Part shown: positions 58,263 to 64,000 of the stretch, in pieces
Numbering within the stretch: the stretch's first letter is position 1
Layout of the letters: the number at the start of each line of letters is the position of its first letter
Source: Vitreimonas sp.
GTDB lineage: Bacteria > Patescibacteriota > Microgenomatia > UBA1400 > PJMF01
NCBI GenBank assembly: GCA_035627515.1
Contig: DASPLQ010000012.1
Coordinates: forward strand, 970,331 to 1,034,330
Direction: 5' to 3'
DNA: 64,000 bases
The notes under the pieces: generated by a model
Told to the model about the DNA's origin: nothing
Database searches by the model: none
What the model saw: only the letters and a program-made list of their open reading frames with translations
Program-made: the position numbers and the translations under genes

Positions 58263-59426
58263 TTAGATCAGGGTATTAAAAGCTGTTTGGTAAATGTTTC
58301 GCCAGTCATAAGCTACCGCCAGTTGTAGAGCATTTTTTCGCCATGTTTTGAGTTGCTCTCGGTTGCGTAAGACCTTAATGATGGTTTGTGCTAACACTTC
58401 ACTATCATCTTTAATGACCACACCACACTCATTTTTTTCCAGAACTGCACCCATATACGTTACATTAGTGGTGATGATGGGTAAACCACAGGCCAAGTAA
58501 CTCTTCATCTTTGAAGGATCAGCATATTTCGACCAGCGATCAAAGGTTTTGTTGTACATCGCTATAGCCAACTCACCAGTACACAACTTTTCTTCTACCT
58601 GATGATGATGAGCTAGATATCCTGTAAATTCAACATGTTCATTAATCCCTAGTTCGATTGCTAGCTCATTTAAAAATTGTTGTTGCTGGCCACTGCCGAT
58701 GACCGTCAAGGTCACATCAGGGATTGTTTTTAGTACTCTTGGTAAAGACCGTAATAAAGTCTCGACACCTTGGTGTGGTGCCAAACCACCGGCATAAACA
58801 ATGTGATGCTTTTTCCGAGGTTGTGTGAGGTAATCTTGAATCCGATCTAACCACACTCCAATTGAAACAACTACTTGCCGAGGATACTCTGCTTGGGCGA
58901 GACCACGAATTTTTTCTCTGCCTTCCGCAATCCGTGGCGAGACATTCCAGGTCATATCGGCGTGTTTCACACACCATTTATCCAGCCAGTGATAGCCTTC
59001 ATTAAGCCAGTGTTGTGAGAACCGCTCCGGAGTGAAATCAATAGTATAGTACACAACTTTTTCCACCAACCCCAACTTGCGCAAACACAAACCAGCCAAC
59101 ACACTTAAGTTATTAAGTCCCACCATCACTTGCCACTTTTGTTGGGTACTGATGATCCACCATAGTGTCAAAAAGAAGTCAAAGATAAATGAGACTGGTG
59201 GTGTGAAAAATGGCAATTTAAAATTTGATTGGCGAGTTAAATGCTGGTGGTGGTATTGTTTAAGTAATGAACCCTGGGGTTGGGCTTCAGCTAACAACGG
59301 GTGACTAATCACTAACAACTGTTCAAGTTTCTTTTCCAGTAAAAATTTTTCTAGGTCAGCAAACGGCACGGTACCTAAGACGTGAGAGACAATAATAACT
59401 TTATTAAAAATTAACGGCGTCATCAT
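58263..59426 (-). CDS. Family 4 (GT-B) glycosyltransferase
   Basis: C-terminal YLACGLPIITTNVTYMGAVLE region, plus a Rossmann-like N-domain. Confidence 0.6.
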   Translation of the reverse strand: MMTPLIFNKVIIVSHVLGTVPFADLEKFLLEKKLEQLLVISHPLLAEAQPQGSLLKQYHHQHLTRQSNFKLPFFTPPVSFIFDFFLTLWWIISTQQKWQVMVGLNNLSVLAGLCLRKLGLVEKVVYYTIDFTPERFSQHWLNEGYHWLDKWCVKHADMTWNVSPRIAEGREKIRGLAQAEYPRQVVVSIGVWLDRIQDYLTQPRKKHHIVYAGGLAPHQGVETLLRSLPRVLKTIPDVTLTVIGSGQQQQFLNELAIELGINEHVEFTGYLAHHHQVEEKLCTGELAIAMYNKTFDRWSKYADPSKMKSYLACGLPIITTNVTYMGAVLEKNECGVVIKDDSEVLAQTIIKVLRNREQLKTWRKNALQLAVAYDWRNIYQTAFNTLI

Positions 59427-61558
59427 GATTTTTTTCGCTGCATCTTTAAATACTGAACTGGATAATAACTTAGTAAAAAAGTGAGCGATATTACAAGTGT
59501 CGCATAACTAATACTCGAGCCCAACGTGCTGACAGCTTGAGGTTGAAAGTAGAGCGTGTAGGTGGCAGTATCGGCAGCCGGAATTTTCCACCCATTGTAC
59601 GTTTCGCTAAAGCGGTGGTGAGTGGATTGTTTTGGTGAAGTTTTATTTAAAAAGGACCAAAAATATGAGCCTGATAAATCGCCTGGGTATAACACCCACT
59701 TCGGGCTGTAAGGCAAGTTAAATGCTAGTGTACCGCTTTGATGAGTAGGGACAGTAATCACATACTTGCCTGTAGCTACCTGTTGATACTCCAAAGGTTG
59801 TGAAGACTCACTATCACTGTGCCAGCTAAAAAGGGCTGGTGGTTGATAGTTTTCAACAACAGCTTTAATTTGATAAATATCAATATCTTTGGCTACGTCG
59901 ATGGTGGAAATGTAGCCTTCATCTTTCGGAGCAGTGTAGTGTCCTAGCCAGCTTAAACGCGGATCCTGTTTCAGGAGTTCATTAAGATACCCAGAATTTG
60001 ATAATAAATTATTATAAATAACCAAGGTATCGACGCCATATTTGGTGAGCTCATCGATAGTTTCTGGTAAAAAAGGATCGTTGATTTTGGCGTAATACTC
60101 GGCGGTAACTGGTTCGAAGGGGTTCACACCACTAGCGAGGTTTTTTTGATGAATGATTTGACCAATCAACTGGTAGGTTTGAGGAAAGCCATTATCTTTA
60201 GCTCCTAACTGCATGGGATAAGGAGCGATGGTTTTGATACTAGGGTTGTTCTTGATTGGCTCATAAAGCTCAGCTGAGTGTTCTAAATTTGTTTGGCGAT
60301 ACCAAGTGCCGTCCATCGTTAGACCTAAGCTAAAGCACAACAACCCAATTACCAGCCACCCCGTGGTAATCAGCCACTCACCATGACGACGTTTTTTGAG
60401 AAAGTGTGCGAGGTCAGTGAGACTAAAACTCACCAGCAAACCTAAAAATAAGGGGGCGCAAATTGCTAGTCGAGCTACACCGCGGAACATACCAAAAAAA
60501 GTGAAGTAAAGCTGGTTACTCCAAAATAAATGTTCAGTCCGCCCTGAAAGTACGATACACAATAATAAGCATAGCGTTATGACATACTTGACGGGGCGTT
60601 GACGGCTTAAATATAAACCGGCTAAAGTTATGCCGAGCGGTAAGATGTACAGCAAACTACTATAGCCTTTCATCCATGAGTACAACCAAGAGCTTTCTTG
60701 CTGGGCATAGTAATACCATAATGGAAGTAATTCATTTTCAGGTGTCGAGGCGCGGCCGGTTTGGGCTGCTTTTTGTGCATCAAATAAATATAAATTACCT
60801 AAAATAAAGTGACTATTGAGCGCCATGGTCATCAATAGTAATGCTGCGTAATAAACAAAGAAGGTACTTAAACGTTGCTTCCAATTTAATGGTTGATAGA
60901 ACAACACAAAAATTACTGAAAACATGCCGCAGAAAAAGGCATAATAGGGATCAATTTTAAAAAGTATGGCAAAACTTAAACTGGAGAGGACTAAGAAAAA
61001 TGCTGATCGTCTTTCCATGAAATACACAACCGTCAACAAAAAATAGGGAATAAATTCCACATGATTAATGGACATTTGTCCTCTGCCCATCAGCACTACA
61101 TATGGTGAAAAGGCATACAGAAGACCGGCAATAAAGCTCGCTCGAGTATGTCGAGTAAAGTGCCATGCTAATAAAAAGGCTCCCAATCCGGCCAACGGAT
61201 AGACAATTAATGACGATAGGTTAGTGATAAAGACTAAATTTTGCCAACTAAATCCCAAGACCTGGTGGAGAATCCACGCTTGAAATGAGTAAATTAAATT
61301 ATTGATGGGAGCATAGGCGATATCATACCCAAAAGGGTGAGCCACCACGTCAGCAACATCATAAATAAGTCGATCGGTGGCAATTTTTACTAAGTACCAG
61401 TGATACCACAGACCGCCATCGGTATCGACGTCTGGCATCGCATACCTTGTCCATAAATAAGGTAACCGGTGTTGATATAACAACACAGTGATCACCACAT
61501 AGCCACAAAAAGCAGACACAAATGAAAAGAGAGGAGAAGACAGGATTTTTTTAAGCAT
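59423..61558 (-). CDS. Large (711 aa) polytopic membrane protein with a C-terminal soluble domain; putative GT-C/YfhO-like glycosyltransferase
   Basis: At least 13 transmembrane helices. First loop PDVDTDGGLWYHWY. Topology like the other GT-C genes here. Confidence 0.4.
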   Translation of the reverse strand: MLKKILSSPLFSFVSAFCGYVVITVLLYQHRLPYLWTRYAMPDVDTDGGLWYHWYLVKIATDRLIYDVADVVAHPFGYDIAYAPINNLIYSFQAWILHQVLGFSWQNLVFITNLSSLIVYPLAGLGAFLLAWHFTRHTRASFIAGLLYAFSPYVVLMGRGQMSINHVEFIPYFLLTVVYFMERRSAFFLVLSSLSFAILFKIDPYYAFFCGMFSVIFVLFYQPLNWKQRLSTFFVYYAALLLMTMALNSHFILGNLYLFDAQKAAQTGRASTPENELLPLWYYYAQQESSWLYSWMKGYSSLLYILPLGITLAGLYLSRQRPVKYVITLCLLLCIVLSGRTEHLFWSNQLYFTFFGMFRGVARLAICAPLFLGLLVSFSLTDLAHFLKKRRHGEWLITTGWLVIGLLCFSLGLTMDGTWYRQTNLEHSAELYEPIKNNPSIKTIAPYPMQLGAKDNGFPQTYQLIGQIIHQKNLASGVNPFEPVTAEYYAKINDPFLPETIDELTKYGVDTLVIYNNLLSNSGYLNELLKQDPRLSWLGHYTAPKDEGYISTIDVAKDIDIYQIKAVVENYQPPALFSWHSDSESSQPLEYQQVATGKYVITVPTHQSGTLAFNLPYSPKWVLYPGDLSGSYFWSFLNKTSPKQSTHHRFSETYNGWKIPAADTATYTLYFQPQAVSTLGSSISYATLVISLTFLLSYYPVQYLKMQRKKS

Positions 61559-61559
61559 C

Positions 61560-62627
61560 TCAAACTTTTGTCACAACTTTTGATTCATCATAGCTACGCA
61601 AATCGGGATGATAGCCAAGAGACTTCCGCAGATAATGATACACAATTTGACCGGCGGTGAACAGCGAAAGAGGCCAATGAATCAAGTACTGCCAATCGCG
61701 ACGGGTCACACACAGCCATAATGTATCAAGCAGCGGCAATATTAATGATAGGGTATATGGTAAATAAAGATATTTTTTATATTGTAACCAGCTTGGTTGA
61801 AACTTATCACGACCGGTGAAGCCGGATTGGCCCATTTGGTCTACGTGATAAATATTATTTTTAATTCGCCACCGAATTTTATTGAGATATCGACCTATGG
61901 TTTCTGAGGAGTAATGCAGTAAGCCATCATTTTTAGTCAAAGCAATCGTAGGGGCTTTACTCAGTAATAAATAAAAGAAGTGGGGGATTAAAGCTGGATC
62001 TGTTTGCGTGGCGGGGAAATTAGTTTTAAAAAACTCGGCGTCAATCATACTCCCAGCAGCACACAGTTCAATAATGGGCAGGGCTTCAACCTGGCTAAAA
62101 TCAAACACCACCCCAGTTTTATCTTCATTTTTAATAGGGTAACGCGCGCTCATATGAGTCACAAAATAATCCACACTCTTTGACAAACGATAAATAAAAT
62201 ACGAGAAGGGGTCGCCAAACTCATTAATATACTGATTAGTAATACTAAAACCAGCTGGATTGCGATAACCCGAGCCAATTACGGCATGGACATCAGGAAA
62301 CTGGGTGAAGAAAGCAATTTTATTTTCTAAACTGTGAGAATTTTCGATAACTTCGTCATGATCTAAGTACACAATATATTTACCTTGTGCTTTCAGATAG
62401 CCGAGAAATTTAGCGTAGACGGGTTCGGTGCGTGGATTAGGAATCAGTTGACAACCATATTTTTTACCGAGGGCGGGTGTCTCATCGCTGGAACCACCAT
62501 CTAATAGTAAGATCTCCATTTTTTCTCGAGGCAGTGATTGTTTTTGTAAGGCATCTAAAACCATAGGGAGGGTTTTCATGGAGTTGAAAGTAGCGATGAT
62601 GATAGTGACAAGGGGTTTATTTGACAT
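61560..62627 (-). CDS. Family 2 glycosyltransferase with C-terminal transmembrane helices
   Basis: VTIIIATFNSMKTLPMVLDAL...LLLDGGSSDET. DHDE motif (YLDHDEV). Confidence 0.7.
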   Translation of the reverse strand: MSNKPLVTIIIATFNSMKTLPMVLDALQKQSLPREKMEILLLDGGSSDETPALGKKYGCQLIPNPRTEPVYAKFLGYLKAQGKYIVYLDHDEVIENSHSLENKIAFFTQFPDVHAVIGSGYRNPAGFSITNQYINEFGDPFSYFIYRLSKSVDYFVTHMSARYPIKNEDKTGVVFDFSQVEALPIIELCAAGSMIDAEFFKTNFPATQTDPALIPHFFYLLLSKAPTIALTKNDGLLHYSSETIGRYLNKIRWRIKNNIYHVDQMGQSGFTGRDKFQPSWLQYKKYLYLPYTLSLILPLLDTLWLCVTRRDWQYLIHWPLSLFTAGQIVYHYLRKSLGYHPDLRSYDESKVVTKV

Positions 62628-64000
62628 GAGTTGCCGACCAATAGTATCGAGTTATTATGTCATGAATACCCGTGATCAGGGTGTGGAGTATGACACAAAT
62701 CATAATAATGCTCAGGGGAATCATCGGCAGGTAACCGCGCGAGCCAATGACTGTACCATGAAAAAAGGCGGACAAAAAGATAAAAGTATGTAGAGGCAAC
62801 CACCAACTCAGGCTGGGGATGTGCCACCACTTTTTGGTTATCAAGAGAGGTAGAGGGAAAAGTAAGGTTGCCCACAAATAAAATGTATGGAGAGGCTTTT
62901 GATATGTGCTTAACCATTTCAATAAATCTTGCCTCTCCCACGAGAAGGTGGAGCCAGTATAAAAACCGGTTAGTGATTTAATTAAATGTGGTTTCAAAAT
63001 GTGAAGATGGCTGCTAATGTATTCCCAAGCCAGTCCTGCCAGGTGATCATCAATTTCTGTATAGGCTTGAGCAACAGGAATACCGGCGGCTCTTTTTTCC
63101 GCCATCATGGCTTTGGCGCCTTGTGGCGAGCTATACCAGTCGTAAAGTTGTTTAGACTCAGGTGTAGGATAGGCGGTGAAATGGGTGAACTCCATGAATA
63201 ACTGCCCACCTGAAGCAGCTGAGAGCATAAAATGTCGGGTATGGGCATAATTCCTAATCATCCATGTAGTCATCAAACCTAAAGTAATGACGATAATCAG
63301 ACCAGACCAAAGGATGGCTTTGTTTTTTTGATGGGTAAAGTAACGTTGCCCGATGGCTAAGACCATATACGGCAGAATAAAGATTAAGGTGTTTTGGCGG
63401 CTAAAAATGGTGAATACACACCACCCGAGTGCTGAGCCGAATTTCCACCAGTAATATTTCTGGTGAGGTTCGGTTTTTAAAACCCGATTAAAATGATAGA
63501 CCGTAGCAATAATGCCTGCTGTGACAATAATGTCTACGTTGCCCATCATCGCGCCATAAAAAAGTAAAACCGGATTGAGGATCACTAAGCTAAAACCGAT
63601 CATTCCAATTGACCAATGAACAAATTCTTTAAGCAATAAATAGGTATACAACGCAATCAAGCAGACTGAAAGATAGTTATAAAAAAGTAATAGGCGAGGA
63701 TGATCATAGATGAGTCTTCCCAGAGAAATGAGCGAAGAAAAAGCGGGCAGACGCATCACTTCCGGGACATAATCATTAAATGTCTTAGGATCTAAGTAGT
63801 ACATGTTGACTACGTACTTAGCAGCAAAACCCTGACCTGTCAGCTGACTATCAGAATAATCTTTATATTGATCGACGTCTTGCCCACACCAAGTATCGGG
63901 TGCTGTGACAAAACACGAGTAAGTGTTAGTGAGGGTCGCACTGTACCACAGTACAGCGGCAAAAATAATTAGAAAAGGTGCAGCGGTTAGGAAATGGTGA
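62617..64000 (-). CDS. Polytopic membrane protein, GT-C-like; the 5' end probably extends past the window edge
   Basis: The frame stays open upstream of the M at 63804 to position 64000, encoding a transmembrane helix HHFLTAAPFLIIFAAVLWYSATL. So the true start is probably outside the window. Confidence 0.45.
   Translation of the reverse strand, partial: HHFLTAAPFLIIFAAVLWYSATLTNTYSCFVTAPDTWCGQDVDQYKDYSDSQLTGQGFAAKYVVNMYYLDPKTFNDYVPEVMRLPAFSSLISLGRLIYDHPRLLLFYNYLSVCLIALYTYLLLKEFVHWSIGMIGFSLVILNPVLLFYGAMMGNVDIIVTAGIIATVYHFNRVLKTEPHQKYYWWKFGSALGWCVFTIFSRQNTLIFILPYMVLAIGQRYFTHQKNKAILWSGLIIVITLGLMTTWMIRNYAHTRHFMLSAASGGQLFMEFTHFTAYPTPESKQLYDWYSSPQGAKAMMAEKRAAGIPVAQAYTEIDDHLAGLAWEYISSHLHILKPHLIKSLTGFYTGSTFSWERQDLLKWLSTYQKPLHTFYLWATLLFPLPLLITKKWWHIPSLSWWLPLHTFIFLSAFFHGTVIGSRGYLPMIPLSIIMICVILHTLITGIHDIITRYYWSATHVK

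Noticed and set aside
1-64000. CRISPR arrays, rRNA genes, transposases or integrases
   Set aside because: No direct-repeat/spacer periodicity, no rRNA-like conserved blocks and no DDE or tyrosine-recombinase motifs were seen. Only the short heptamer microsatellite and coding low-complexity tracts are present.

Overview
This 64 kb window looks like chromosomal DNA from a small-genome bacterium. Ribosome-binding sites are sparse, many ORFs are unrecognisable, and the aspS gene lacks the bacterial GAD insertion domain, which fits a CPR/Patescibacteria-like lineage, though that is inference only. The housekeeping core is frr, an rseP-like site-2 protease, secD, secF, a CCA-adding enzyme, recJ, aspS, a D-Ala-D-Ala carboxypeptidase, gltX, ybeY, dnaX, ybaB, rdgB, an M29 aminopeptidase, an alpha-glucan phosphorylase and a tRNA-Gln(CUG). 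Three blocks stand out. (1) At 0.3-7.7 kb there is a TasA/camelysin-like operon: a TasA-like protein, a SipW-type signal peptidase, and a 1358-aa lamin-tail-domain adhesin that also carries a SipW-cognate-like signal. (2) At 23.4-24.9 kb an AT-rich islet holds three tiny genes, two of them paralogous. They sit behind a sigma70-like promoter and a roughly 155-nt leader whose intrinsic terminator can be replaced by a perfect 9-bp antiterminator pairing, so this is a candidate new riboswitch or attenuator. It lies divergent to a roughly 190-nt structured RNA upstream of aspS that carries an SRP-domain-IV-like motif. aspS itself encodes a GAD-less AspRS fused to a YbaK/ProX-type deacylase domain. 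(3) From 39.9 kb to the window end there is a surface-glycosylation island. It contains at least five ArnT/PMT-like GT-C membrane glycosyltransferases with the N-terminal DE motif, further GT-C-like membrane proteins, GT2 and GT4 enzymes, an epimerase, a flippase, two NUDIX proteins and a GNAT. No CRISPR array, rRNA or obvious mobile element was seen.
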